This document shows, one piece after another, positions 43,810 to 59,400 of a DNA stretch of 64,000 nt; the first letter of the stretch is position 1, and every line of letters begins with the position of its first letter. Position numbers and translations under genes: made by a program. Below the pieces are notes generated by a model. It was not told the DNA's origin. It saw nothing but the letters and a program-made list of their open reading frames with translations, and did no database searches. The stretch covers positions 318,246,001-318,310,000 of the forward strand of contig OZ024740.1 of the NCBI GenBank assembly GCA_964016885.1, in the 5' to 3' direction. The stretch is from Eledone cirrhosa (lineage: Eukaryota).

Positions 43810-46450
43810 CAATTCGAAGTCTTTCTACTACAATACTCACAACAAATAATCCAGGATTGTCTCGTCTATTTCCACAACATACGTTCTATCTGACATTCTA
43901 ACGACCCTACCAATTCGCTGTCTTTCTACTACAATACTCACAACAAATAATCCAGGATTGTCTCGTCTATTTCCACAACATACATTCTATCTGACATTCT
44001 AACGACTCTACCAATTCGCTGTCTTTCTACTACAATACTCAACAAATAATCCAGGACTGTCTCGTCTATTTCCACAACTTACATTCTATCTGATATTCTA
44101 ACGACTCTACCAATTCGAAGTCTTTCTACTACAATACTCACAACAAATAATACAGGATTGTCTCGTCTATTTCCACAACTTACATTCTATCTAACATTCT
44201 AACGACTCTACCAATTCGAAGCCTTTTTACTACATTACTCACAACAAATAATTCAGGATTGTCTCGTCTATTTCCACAACATACATTCTATCTGACATTC
44301 TAACGACTCTACCAATTCGCTGTCTTTCTACTACAATACTCAACAAATAATCCAGGACTGTCTCGTCTATTTCCACAACTTACGTTCTATCTGACATTCT
44401 AAAGACTCTAACAATTCGAAGTCTTTCTACTACAATACTCAGAAAAAATAATCCAGGTTTGTCTCGTCTATTTCCACAACTTACATTCTATCTAACATTC
44501 TAAAGACTCTACCAATTCGAAGCCTTTTTACTACATTACTCACAACAAATAATTCAGGATTGCCCCGTCTATTTCCACAACTTACATTCTACCTGACATT
44601 CTAACGACTCTACCAATTCGCTGTATTTCTACTACAATACTCACAACAAATAATCCAGGATTGTCTCGTCTATTTCCATAACATACATTCTATCTGACAT
44701 TCTAACGACTCTACCAATTCGCTGTCTTTCTACTACAATACTCAACAAATAATCCAGGACTGTCTCGTCTATTTCCACAACTTACGTTCTATCTGACATT
44801 CTAAAGACTCTAACAATTCGAAGTCTTTCTACTACAATACTCAGAAAAAATAATCCAGGTTTGTCTCGTCTATTTCCACAACTTACATTCTATCTAACAT
44901 TCTAAAGACTCTACCAATTCGAAGCCTGTTTACTACATTACTCACAACAAATAATTCAGGATTGCCCCGTCTATTTCCCCAACTTCCATTCTACCTGACA
45001 TTCTAACGACTCTACCAATTCGCTGTCTTTCTACTACAATACTCACAACAAATAATCCAGGATTCTCTCGTCTATTTCCACAACTTACATTCTATCTGAT
45101 ATTCTAACGACTCTACCAATTCGAAGTCTTTCTACTACAATACTCACAACAAATAATCCAGGATTGTCTCGTCTATTTCCACAACATACGTTCTATCTGA
45201 CATTCTAACGACCCTACCAATTCGCTGTCTTTCTACTACAATACTCACAACAAATAATCCAGGATTGTCTCGTCTATTTCCACAACATACATTCTATCTG
45301 ACATTCTAACGACTCTACCAATTCGCTGTCTTTCTACTACAATACTCAACAAATAATCCAGGACTGTCTCGTCTATTTCCACAACTTACATTCTATCTGA
45401 TATTCTAACGACTCTACCAATTCGAAGTCTTTCTACTACAATACTCACAACAAATAATACAGGATTGTCTCGTCTATTTCCACAACTTACATTCTATCTA
45501 ACATTCTAACGACTCTACCAATTCGAAGCCTTTTTACTACATTACTCACAACAAATAATTCAGGATTGTCTCGTCTATTTCCACAACATACATTCTATCT
45601 GACATTCTAACGACTCTACCAATTCGCTGTCTTTCTACTACAATACTCAACAAATAATCCAGGACTGTCTCGTCTATTTCCACAACTTACGTTCTATCTG
45701 ACATTCTAAAGACTCTAACAATTCGAAGTCTTTCTACTACAATACTCAGAAAAAATAATCCAGGTTTGTCTCGTCTATTTCCACAACTTACATTCTATCT
45801 AACATTCTAAAGACTCTACCAATTCGAAGCCTTTTTACTACATTACTCACAACAAATAATTCAGGATTGCCCCGTCTATTTCCACAACTTACATTCTACC
45901 TGACATTCTAACGACTCTACCAATTCGCTGTATATCTACTACAATACTCACAACAAATAATCCAGGATTGTCTCGTCTATTTCCATAACATACATTCTAT
46001 CTGACATTCTAACGACTCTACCAATTCGCTGTCTTTCTACTACAATACTCAACAAATAATCCAGGACTGTCTCGTCTATTTCCACAACTTACGTTCTATC
46101 TGACATTCTAAAGACTCTAACAATTCGAAGTCTTTCTACTACAATACTCAGAAAAAATAATCCAGGTTTGTCTCGTCTATTTCCACAACTTACATTCTAT
46201 CTAACATTCTAACGACTCTACCAATTCGAAGCCTGTTTACTACATTACTCACAACAAATAATTCAGGATTGCCCCGTCTATTTCCACAACTTCCATTCTA
46301 CCTGACATTCTAACGACTCTACCAATTCGCTGTCTTTCTACTACAATACTCACAACAAATAATCCAGGATTCTCTCGTCTATTTCCACAACTTACATTCT
46401 ATCTGATATTCTAACGACTCTACCAATTCGAAGTCTTTCTACTACAATAC
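43810..46450 (+). repeat. Tandem duplication of a 13-monomer block (period 1307 bp)
   Basis: ACCCTACC 43904/45211 and GCCTGTTTAC 44924/46231, both +1307. Confidence 0.88.
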
Positions 46451-46928
46451 TAACAACAAATAATCCAGGATTGTCTCTTATATTTCCACAATTTACATTC
46501 TATCTAACATTCTAACAACTCCACCAATTCTAAATCTTTCTACTACAATACTCACAACAAATCATCCAGAATTGTCTCGTCTATTTCCACAACTTACATT
46601 CTATCTGATATTCTAACGACTCTACCAATTCGAAGTCTTTCTACTACAATACTCACAACAAATAATCCAGGATTGTCTCGTCTATTTCCACAACTTGCAT
46701 TCTATCTGACATTCTAACGACTCTACCAATTCTAAGTCTTTCTACTACAATACTCACAACAAATAATCCAGGAGTGTCTCGTCTATTTCCACAAATTACA
46801 TTCTATCTGACATTCTAACGACTCTACCAATTCGCTGTCTTTCTACTACAATACTCACAACAAATAATCCAGGATTGTCTCGTCTATTTCTACAACTTAC
46901 ATTCTATCTGATATTCTAACGACTCTAC

Positions 46929-49900
46929 CAATTCGAAGTCTTTCTACTACAATACTCACAACAAATAATTCAGGATTGTCTCGTCTATTTCCACAACTTA
47001 CATTCTATCTGATATTCTAACGACTCTACCAATTCGAAGTCTTTCTACTACAATACTAACAACAAATAATCCAGGATTGTCTCTTCTATTTCCACAACTT
47101 ACATTCTATCTGACATTCTAACGACTCTACCAATTCGCTGTATTTCTACTACAATACTCACATCAAATAATCCAGGATTGTCTCGTCTATTTCCACAACA
47201 TACATTCTATCTGACATTCTAACGACTCTACCAATTCGCTGTATTTCTACTACAATACTCACATCAAATAATCTAGGATTGTCTCGTCTATTTCCACAAC
47301 TTACGTTCTATCTGACATTCTAAAGACTCTAACAATTCGAAGTGTTTCTACTACAATACTAACAACAAATAATCCAGGATTGTCTCGTCTATTTCCACAA
47401 CTTACATTCTATCTGATATTCTAACGACTCTACCAATTCGAAGTCTTTCTACTACAATACTATCAACAAATAATCCAGGATTGTCTCTTCTATTTCCACA
47501 ACTTACATTCTATCTAACATTCTAACAACTCCACCAATTCGAAATCTTTCTACTACAATACTCACAACAAATAATCCAGGATTGTCTCGTCTATTTCCAC
47601 AACTTACATTCAATCTGATATTCTAACGACTCTACGAATTCGAAGTCTTTCTACTACAATACTCACAACAAATAATCCAGGATTGTCTCGTCTATTTCCA
47701 CAACTTTCATTCTATCTGACATTCTAACGACTCTACCAATTCGAAGTCTTTCTACTACAATACTCACAACAAATAATCCAGGATTGTCTCGTCTATTTCC
47801 ACAACATACATTCTATCTGACATTCTAACGACTCTACCAATTCGCTGTCTTTCTACTACAATACTCAACAAATAATCCAGGACTGTCTCGTCTATTTCCA
47901 CAACTTACGTTCTATCTGACATTCTAAAGACTCTAACAATTCGAAGTCTTTCTACTACAATACTCAGAACAAATAATCCAGGTTTGTCTCGTCTATTTCC
48001 ACAACTTACATTCTATCTAACATTCTAACGACTCTACCAATTCGAAGCCTTTTTACTACATTACTCACAACAAATAATTCAGGATTGTCTCGTCTATTTC
48101 CACAAATTACGTTCTATCTGACATTCTAACGACTCTACCAATTCGCTGTCTTTCTACTACAATACTCACAACAAATAATCCAGGATTGTCTCGTCTATTT
48201 CCACAACTTACATTCTATCTGATATTCAAACGACTCTACCAATTCGAAGTCTTTCTATTACAATACTCACAACAAATAATCCAGGATTGTCTCGTCTATT
48301 TCCACAACTTACATTCTATCTGATATTCTAACGACTCTACCAATTCGAAGTCTTTCTACTACAATACTAACAACAAATAATCCAGGATTGTCTCTTCTAT
48401 TTCCACAACTTACATTCTATCTGATATTCTAAGCACTCTCCCAATTCGAAGTCTTTCTACTACAATACTCACAACAAATAATCCAGGATTGTCTCGTCTA
48501 GTTCCACAACTTGCATTCTATCTGACGTTCTAACGACTCTACCAATTCGAAGTCTTTCTACTACAATACTCTCAACAAATAATCCAGGACTGTCTCGTCT
48601 ATTTCCACAACTTACGTTCTATCTGACATTCTAAAGACTCTAACAATTCGAAGTCTTTCTACTACAATACTCACAACAAATAATCCAGGATTGTCTCGTC
48701 TATTTCCACAACTTACATTCTATCTGATATTCAAACGACTCTACCAATTCGAAGTCTTTCTATTACAATACTCACAACAAATAATCCAGGATTGTCTCGT
48801 CTATTTCCACAACTTACATTCTATCTGATATTCTAACGACTCTACCAATTCGAAGTCTTTCTACTACAATACTAACAACAAATAATCCAGGATTGTCTCT
48901 TCTATTTCCACAACTTACATTCTATCTGATATTCTAAGCACTCTCCCAATTCGAAGTCTTTCTACTACAATACTCACAACAAATAATCCAGGATTGTCTC
49001 GTCTAGTTCCACAACTTGCATTCTATCTGACATTCTAACGACTCTACCAATTCGAAGTCTTTCTACTACAATACTAACAAAAAATAATCCAGGATTGTCT
49101 CTTCTATTTCCACAACTTACATTCTATCTGATATTCTAACGACTCTACCAATTCGAATCTTTCTACTACAATACTCACAACAAATAATACAGGATTGGCT
49201 CGTCTATTTCCACAACTTACATTCTATCTGACATTCTAACGACTCTACCAATTCGCTGTCTTTCTACTACAATACTCACAACAAATAATCCAGGATTGTC
49301 TCGTCTATTTCCACAACTTACATTCTATCTGATATTCTAACGACTCTACCAATTCGAAGTCTTTCTACTACAATACTAACAACAAATAATCCAGGATTGT
49401 CTCTTCTATTTCCACAACTTACATTCTATCTAACATTCTAACGACTCCACCAATTCGAAATCTTTCTACTACAATACTCACAACAAATCATCCAGGATTG
49501 TCTCGTCTATTTCCACAAATTACATTCTATCTGATATTCTAACGACTCTACCAATTCGAAGTCTTTCTACTACAATACTAACAAAAAATAATCCAGGATT
49601 GTCTCTTCTATTTCCACAACTTACATTCTATCTGATATTCTAACGACTCTACCAATTCGAATCTTTCTACTACAATACTCACAACAAATAATACAGGATT
49701 GGCTCGTCTATTTCCACAACTTACATTCTATCTGACATTCTAACGACTCTACCAATTCGCTGTATTTCTACTACAATACTCACAACAAATAATCCAGCAC
49801 TGTTTCGTCTATTTCCACAACTCACATTCTATCTGACATTCTAACGACTCTACCAATTCGAAGTCTTTCTACTACAATACTCACAACAAATAATCCAGGA

Positions 49901-52900
49901 ATATCTCGTCTATTTCCACAACTTACATTCTATCTGACATTGAAACGACTCTATCAATTCGAAGTCTTTCTACTACAATACTCACAACAAATAATTCAGG
50001 ATTGTCTCGTCTATTTCCACAACTTACATTCTATCTGATATTCTAACGACTCTACCAATTCGAAGTCTTTCTACTACAATACTAACAACAAATAATCCAG
50101 GATTGTCTCTTCTATTTCCACAACTTACATTCTATCTGACATTCTAACGACTCTACCAATTCGCTGTATTTCTACTACAATACTCACATCAAATAATCCA
50201 GGATTGTCTCGTCTATTTCCACAACATACATTCTATCTGACATTCTAACGACTCTACCAATTCGCTGTATTTCTACTACAATACTCACATCAAATAATCT
50301 AGGATTGTCTCGTCTATTTCCACAACTTACGTTCTATCTGACATTCTAAAGACTCTAACAATTCGAAGTGTTTCTACTACAATACTAACAACAAATAATC
50401 CAGGATTGTCTCGTCTATTTCCACAACTTACATTCTATCTGATATTCTAACGACTCTACCAATTCGAAGTCTTTCTACTACAATACTATCAACAAATAAT
50501 CCAGGATTGTCTCTTCTATTTCCACAACTTACATTCTATCTAACATTCTAACAACTCCACCAATTCGAAATCTTTCTACTACAATACTCACAACAAATAA
50601 TCCAGGATTGTCTCGTCTATTTCCACAACTTACATTCAATCTGATATTCTAACGACTCTACGAATTCGAAGTCTTTCTACTACAATACTCACAACAAATA
50701 ATCCAGGATTGTCTCGTCTATTTCCACAACTTTCATTCTATCTGACATTCTAACGACTCTACCAATTCGAAGTCTTTCTACTACAATACTCACAACAAAT
50801 AATCCAGGATTGTCTCGTCTATTTCCACAACATACATTCTATCTGACATTCTAACGACTCTACCAATTCGCTGTCTTTCTACTACAATACTCAACAAATA
50901 ATCCAGGACTGTCTCGTCTATTTCCACAACTTACGTTCTATCTGACATTCTAAAGACTCTAACAATTCGAAGTCTTTCTACTACAATACTCAGAACAAAT
51001 AATCCAGGTTTGTCTCGTCTATTTCCACAACTTACATTCTATCTAACATTCTAACGACTCTACCAATTCGAAGCCTTTTTACTACATTACTCACAACAAA
51101 TAATTCAGGATTGTCTCGTCTATTTCCACAAATTACGTTCTATCTGACATTCTAACGACTCTACCAATTCGCTGTCTTTCTACTACAATACTCACAACAA
51201 ATAATCCAGGATTGTCTCGTCTATTTCCACAACTTACATTCTATCTGATATTCAAACGACTCTACCAATTCGAAGTCTTTCTATTACAATACTCACAACA
51301 AATAATCCAGGATTGTCTCGTCTATTTCCACAACTTACATTCTATCTGATATTCTAACGACTCTACCAATTCGAAGTCTTTCTACTACAATACTAACAAC
51401 AAATAATCCAGGATTGTCTCTTCTATTTCCACAACTTACATTCTATCTGATATTCTAAGCACTCTCCCAATTCGAAGTCTTTCTACTACAATACTCACAA
51501 CAAATAATCCAGGATTGTCTCGTCTAGTTCCACAACTTGCATTCTATCTGACATTCTAACGACTCTACCAATTCGAAGTCTTTCTACTACAATACTCTCA
51601 ACAAATAATCCAGGACTGTCTCGTCTATTTCCACAACTTACGTTCTATCTGACATTCTAAAGACTCTAACAATTCGAAGTCTTTCTACTACAATACTCAC
51701 AACAAATAATCCAGGATTGTCTCGTCTATTTCCACAACTTACATTCTATCTGATATTCAAACGACTCTACCAATTCGAAGTCTTTCTATTACAATACTCA
51801 CAACAAATAATCCAGGATTGTCTCGTCTATTTCCACAACTTACATTCTATCTGATATTCTAACGACTCTACCAATTCGAAGTCTTTCTACTACAATACTA
51901 ACAACAAATAATCCAGGATTGTCTCTTCTATTTCCACAACTTACATTCTATCTGATATTCTAAGCACTCTCCCAATTCGAAGTCTTTCTACTACAATACT
52001 CACAACAAATAATCCAGGATTGTCTCGTCTAGTTCCACAACTTGCATTCTATCTGACATTCTAACGACTCTACCAATTCGAAGTCTTTCTACTACAATAC
52101 TAACAAAAAATAATCCAGGATTGTCTCTTCTATTTCCACAACTTACATTCTATCTGATATTCTAACGACTCTACCAATTCGAATCTTTCTACTACAATAC
52201 TCACAACAAATAATACAGGATTGGCTCGTCTATTTCCACAACTTACATTCTATCTGACATTCTAACGACTCTACCAATTCGCTGTCTTTCTACTACAATA
52301 CTCACAACAAATAATCCAGGATTGTCTCGTCTATTTCCACAACTTACATTCTATCTGATATTCTAACGACTCTACCAATTCGAAGTCTTTCTACTACAAT
52401 ACTAACAACAAATAATCCAGGATTGTCTCTTCTATTTCCACAACTTACATTCTATCTAACATTCTAACGACTCCACCAATTCGAAATCTTTCTACTACAA
52501 TACTCACAACAAATCATCCAGGATTGTCTCGTCTATTTCCACAAATTACATTCTATCTGATATTCTAACGACTCTACCAATTCGAAGTCTTTCTACTACA
52601 ATACTAACAAAAAATAATCCAGGATTGTCTCTTCTATTTCCACAACTTACATTCTATCTGATATTCTAACGACTCTACCAATTCGAATCTTTCTACTACA
52701 ATACTCACAACAAATAATACAGGATTGGCTCGTCTATTTCCACAACTTACATTCTATCTGACATTCTAACGACTCTACCAATTCGCTGTATTTCTACTAC
52801 AATACTCACAACAAATAATCCAGCACTGTTTCGTCTATTTCCACAACTCACATTCTATCTGACATTCTAACGACTCTACCAATTCGAAGTCTTTCTACTA

Positions 52901-53008
52901 CAATACTCACAACAAATAATCCAGGAATATCTCGTCTATTTCCACAACTTACATTCTATCTGACATTGAAACGACTCTATCAATTCGAAGTCTTTCTACT
53001 ACAATACT
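46929..53008 (+). repeat. Near-perfect tandem duplication of a 30-monomer block (period 3026 bp) with nested 5-mer duplications
   Basis: ATCTAGG (after CATCAAA) 47271/50297, ACTATC 47459/50485, CTCTCAAC 48571/51597, all +3026. Nested AAGCACTCTCCC 48431/48936 (+505). Confidence 0.92.
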
Positions 53009-56000
53009 AACTTCAAATAATCCAGGATTGTCTCGTCTATTTCCACAACTTACATTCTATCTGACATTCTAACGACTCTACCAATTCGAAGTCTTTCTAC
53101 TACAATACTAATAAAAATAATCTAGGATTGTCTCGTCTATTTCCACAACTTACATTCTATCTGACATTGAAACGACTCTATCAATTCGAAGTCTTTCTAC
53201 TACAATACTAACTTCAAATAATCCAGGATTGTCTCGTCTATTTCCACAACTTACATTCTATCTGACATTCTAACGACTCTACCAATTCGCTGTCTTTCTA
53301 CTACAATACTCACAACAAATAATCCAGGATTGTCTCGTCTATTTCCACAACTTACGTTCTATCTGACATTCTAAAGACTCTAACAATTCGACGTCTTTCT
53401 ACTACAATACTCAGAACAAATAATCCAGGTTTGTCTCGTCTATTTCCACAACTTACATTCTATCTAACATTCTAACGACTCTACCAATTCGAAGCCTTTT
53501 TACTACATTACTCACAACAAATAATTCAGGATTGCCACGTCTATTTCCACAACTTACATTCTACCTGACAATCTAACGACTCTACGAATTCGCTGTATTT
53601 CTACTACAATACTCAACAAATAATCCAGGACTGTCTCGTCTATTTCCACAACTTACGTTCTATCTGACATTCTAAAGACTCTAACAATTCGAAGTCTTTC
53701 TACTACAATACTCACAACAAATAATCCAGGATTGTCTCGTCTATTTCCACAACATACATTCTATCTGACATTCTATCGACTCTACCAATTCGCTGTCTTT
53801 CTACTACAATACTCAACAAATAATCCAGGACTGTCTCGTCTATTTCCACAACTTACATTCTATCTGATATTCTAACGACTCTACCAATTCGAAGTCTTTC
53901 TACTACAATACTAACAACAAATAATCCAGGATTGTCTCTTCTATTTCCACAACTTACATTCTATCTGATATTCTAACGACTCTACCAATTCGAAGTCTTT
54001 CTACTACAATACTAACTTTAAATAATCCAGGATTGTCTCGTCTATTTCCACAACTTACATTCTATCTAACATTCTAACGACTCTACCAATTCGAAGCCTT
54101 TTTACTACATTACTCACAACAAATAATTCAGGATTGTCTCGTCTATTTCCACAACTTACATTCTATCTAACATTCTAACGACTCTACCAATTCGCTGTAT
54201 TTCTACTACAATACTCACATCAAATAATCCAGGATTGTCTCGTCTATTTCCACAACATACATTCTATCTGACATTCTAACGACTCTACCAATTCGCTGTC
54301 TTTCTACTACAATACTCAACAAATAATCCAGGACTGTCTCGTCTATTTCCACAACTTACGTTCTATCTGACATTCTAAAGACTCTAACAATTCGAAGTCT
54401 TTCTACTACAATACTCAGAAAAAATAATCCAGGTTTGTCTCGTCTATTTCCACAACTTACATTCTATCTAACATTCTAAAGACTCTACCAATTCGAAGCC
54501 TTTTTACTACATTACTCACAACAAATAATTCAGGATTGCCCCGTCTATTTCCACAACTTACATTCTACCTGACATTCTAACGACTCTACCAATTCGCTGT
54601 CTTTCTACTACAATACTCACAACAAATAATCCAGGATTGTCTCGTCTATTTCCACAACTTACATTCTATCTGATATTCTAACGACTCTACCAATTCGAAG
54701 TCTTTCTACTACAATACTAACAACAAATAATCCAGGATTGTCTCTTCTATTTTCACAACTTACATTCTATCTAACATTCTAACGACTCCACCAATTCGAA
54801 ATCTTTCTACTACAATACTCACAACAAATCATCCAGGATTGTCTCGTCTATTTCCACAACTTACATTCTATCTGATATACTAACGACTCTACCAATTCGA
54901 AGTCTTTCTACTACAATACTAACAAAAAATAATCCAGGATTGTCACTTCTATTTCCACAACTTACATTCTATCTGATATTCTAACGACTCTACCAATTCG
55001 AATCTTTCTACTACAATACTCACAACAAATAATACAGGATTGGCTCGTCTATTTCCACAACTTACATTCTATCTGACATTCTAACGACTCTACCAATTCG
55101 CTGTATTTATACTACAATACTCACAACAAATAATCCAGCATTGTTTCGTCTATTTCCACAACTCACATTCTATCTGACATTCTAACGACTCTACCAATTC
55201 GAAGTCTTTCTACTACAATACTCACAACAAATAATCCAGGAATATCTCGTCTATTTCCACAACTTACATTCTATCTGACATTGAAACGACTCTATCAATT
55301 CGAAGTCTTTCTACTACAATACTAACTTCAAATAATCCAGGATTGTCTCGTCTATTTCCACAACTTACATTCTATCTGACATTCTAACGACTCTACCAAT
55401 TCGAAGTCTTTCTACTACAATACTAATAAAAATAATCTAGGATTGTCTCGTCTATTTCCACAACTTACATTCTATCTGACATTGAAACGACTCTATCAAT
55501 TCGAAGTCTTTCTACTACAATGCTAACTTCAAATAATCCAGGATTGTCTCGTCTATTTCCACAACTTACATTCTATCTGACATTCTAACGACTCTACCAA
55601 TTCGAAGCCTTTCTACTACAATGCTAATAAAAATAATCTAGGATTGTCTCGTCTATTTCCACAACTTACATTCTATCTGACATTCTAACGACTCTACCAA
55701 TTCGCTGTCTTTCTACTACAATACTCACAACAAATAATCCAGGATTGTCTCGTCTATTTCCAAAACTTACATTCTATCTGACATTCTAACGACTCTACCA
55801 ATTCGAAGTTTTTCTACTACAATACTAACAACAAATAATCCAGGATTGTCTCGTCTATTTCCACAACTTACATTCTATCTGACATTCTAACGACTCAACG
55901 AATTCGCTGTATTTCTACTACAATACTCACAACAAATAATCCAGGATTGTCTCGTCTATTTCCATAACATACATTCTATCTGACATTCTAACGACTCTAC

Positions 56001-56419
56001 CAATTCGCTGTCTTTCTACTACAATACTCAACAAATAATCCAGGACTGTCTCGTCTATTTCCACAACTTACGTTCTATCTGACATTCTAAAGACTCTAAC
56101 AATTCGAAGTCTTTCTACTACAATACTCAGAACAAATAATCCAGGTTTGTCTCGTCTATTTCCACAACTTACATTCTATCTAACATTCTAACGACTCTAC
56201 CAATTCGAAGCCTTTTTACTACATTACTCACAACAAATAATTCAGGATTGCCCCGTCTATTTCCACAACTTACATTCTACCTGACAATCTAACGACTCTA
56301 CCAATTCGCTGTCTTTCTACTACAATACTCAACAAATAATCCAGGACTGTCTCGTCTATTTCCACAACTTACATTCTATCTGATATTCTAACGACTCTAC
56401 CAATTCGAAGTCTTTCTAC

Positions 56420-59400
56420 TACAATACTCACAACAAATAATCCAGGATTGTCTCGTCTATTTACACAACTTGCATTCTATCTGATATTCTAACGACTCTA
56501 CCAATTCGAAGTCCTTCTACTACAATACTAACAACAAATAATCCAGGATTGTCTCGTCTATTTCCACAACTTACGTTCTATCTGACATTCTAACAACTCT
56601 ACCAATTCTAAGTCTTTCTACTACAATACTCACAACAAATAATACACGATAGGCTCGTCTATTTCCACAACTTACATTCTATCTGACATTCTAACGACTC
56701 TACCAATTCGCTGTATTTCTACTACAATACTCACATCAAATAATCCAGGATTGTCTCGTCTATTTCCACAACATACATTCTATCTGACATTCTAACGACT
56801 CTACCAATTCGCTGTCTTTCTACTACAATACTCAACAAATAATCCAGGACTGTCTCGTCTATTTCCACAACTTACATTCTATCTAACATTCTAAAGACTC
56901 TACCAATTCGAAGCCTTTTTACTACATTACTCACAACAAATAATTCAGGATTGCCCCGTCTATTTCCACAACTTACATTCTACCTGACATTCTAACGACT
57001 CTACCAATTCGCTGTCTTTCTACTACAATACTCACAACAAATAATCCAGGATTGTCTCGTCTATTTCCACAACTTACATTCTATCTGATATTCTAACGAC
57101 TCTACCAATTCGAAGTCTTTCTACTACAATACTAACAACAAATAATCCAGGATTGTCTCTTCTATTTCCACAACTTACATTCTATCTGATATTCTAACGA
57201 CTCTACCAATTCGAATCTTTCTACTACAATACTCACAACAAATAATACAGGATTGGCTCGTCTATTTCCACAACTTACATTATATCTGACATTCTAACGA
57301 CTCTACCAATTCGCTGTATTTCTACTACAATACTCACAACAAATAATCCAGCACTGTTTCGTCTATTTCCACAACTCACATTCTATCTGACATTCTAACG
57401 ACTCTACCAATTCGAAGTCTTTCTACTACAATACTCACAACAAATAATCCAGGAATATCTCGTCTATTTCCACAACTTATATTCTATCTGACATTGAAAC
57501 GACTCTATCAATTCGAAGTCTTTCTACTACAATACTAACTTCAAATAATCCAGGATTGTCTCGTCTATTTCCACAACTTACATTCTATCTGACATTCTAA
57601 CGACTCTACCAATTCGAAGTCTTTCTACTACAATACTAATAAAAATAATCTAGGATTGTCTCGTCTATTTCCACAACTTACATTCTATCTGACATTCTAA
57701 CGACTCTACCAATTCGCTGTCTTTCTACTACAATACTCACAACAAATAATCCAGGATTGTCTCGTCTATTTCCAAAACTTACATTCTATCTGCCATTCTA
57801 ACGACTCTACCAATTCGCTGTATTTCTACTACAATACTCACAACAAATAATCCAGCACTGTTTCGTCTATTTCCACAACTCACATTCTATCTGACATTCT
57901 AACGACTCTACCAATTCGAAGTCTTTCTACTACAATACTCACAACAAATAATCCAGGAATATCTCGTCTATTTCCACAACTTACATTCTATCTGACATTG
58001 AAACGACTCTATCAATTCGAAGTCTTTCTACTACAATACTAACTTCAAATAATCCAGGATTGTCTCGTCTATTTCCACAACTTACATTCTATCTGACATT
58101 CTAACGACTCTACCAATTCGAAGTCTTTCTACTACAATACTAATAAAAATAATCTAGGATTGTCTCGTCTATTTCCACAACTTACATTCTATCTGACATT
58201 GAAACGACTCTATCAATTCGAAGTCTTTCTACTACAATGCTAACTTCAAATAATCCAGGATTGTCTCGTCTATTTCCACAACTTACTTTCTATCTGACAT
58301 TCTAACGACTCTACCAATTCGAAGCCTTTCTACTACAATACTAATAAAAATAATCTAGGATTGTCTCGTCTATTTCCACAACTTACATTCTATCTGACAT
58401 TCTAACGACTCTACCAATTCGCTGTCTTTCTACTACAATACTCACAACAAATAATCCAGGATTGGCTCGTCTATTTCTAAAACTTACATTCTATCTGACA
58501 TTCTAACGACTCTACCAATTCGAAGTTTTTCTACTACAATACTAACAACAAATAATCCAGGATTGTCTCGTCTATTTCCACAACTTACATTCTATCTGAC
58601 ATTCTAACGACTCAACGAATTCGCTGTATTTCTACTACAATACTCACAACAAATAATCCAGGATTGTCTCGTCTATTTCCATAACATACATTCTATCTGA
58701 CATTCTAACGACTCTACCAATTCGCTGTCTTTCTACTACAATACTCAACAAATAATCCAGGACTGTCTCGTCTATTTCCACAACTTACGTTCTATCTGAC
58801 ATTCTAAAGACTCTAACAATTCGAAGTCTTTCTACTACAATACTCAGAACAAATAATCCAGGTTTGTCTCGTCTATTTCCACAACTTACATTCTATCTAA
58901 CATTCTAACGACTCTACCAATTCGAAGTTTTTCTACTACAATACTAACAACAAATAATCCAGGATTGTCTCGTCTATTTCCACAACTTACATTCTACCTG
59001 ACAATCTAACGAATCTACCAATTCGCTGTCTTTCTACTACAATACTCAACAAATAATCCAGGACTGTCTCGTCTATTTCCACAACTTACATTCTATCTGA
59101 TATTCTAACGACTCTACCAATTCGAAGTCTTTCTACTACAATACTCACAACAAATAATCCAGGATTGTCTCGTCTATTTACACAACTTGCATTCTATCTG
59201 ATATTCTAACGACTCTACCAATTCGAAGTCTTTCTACTACAATACTAACAACAAATAATCCAGGATTGTCTCGTCTATTTCCACAACTTACGTTCTATCT
59301 GACATTCTAACAACTCTACCAATTCTAAGTCTTTCTACTACAATACTCACAACAAATAATACAGGATTGGCTCGTCTATTTCCACAACTTACATTCTATC

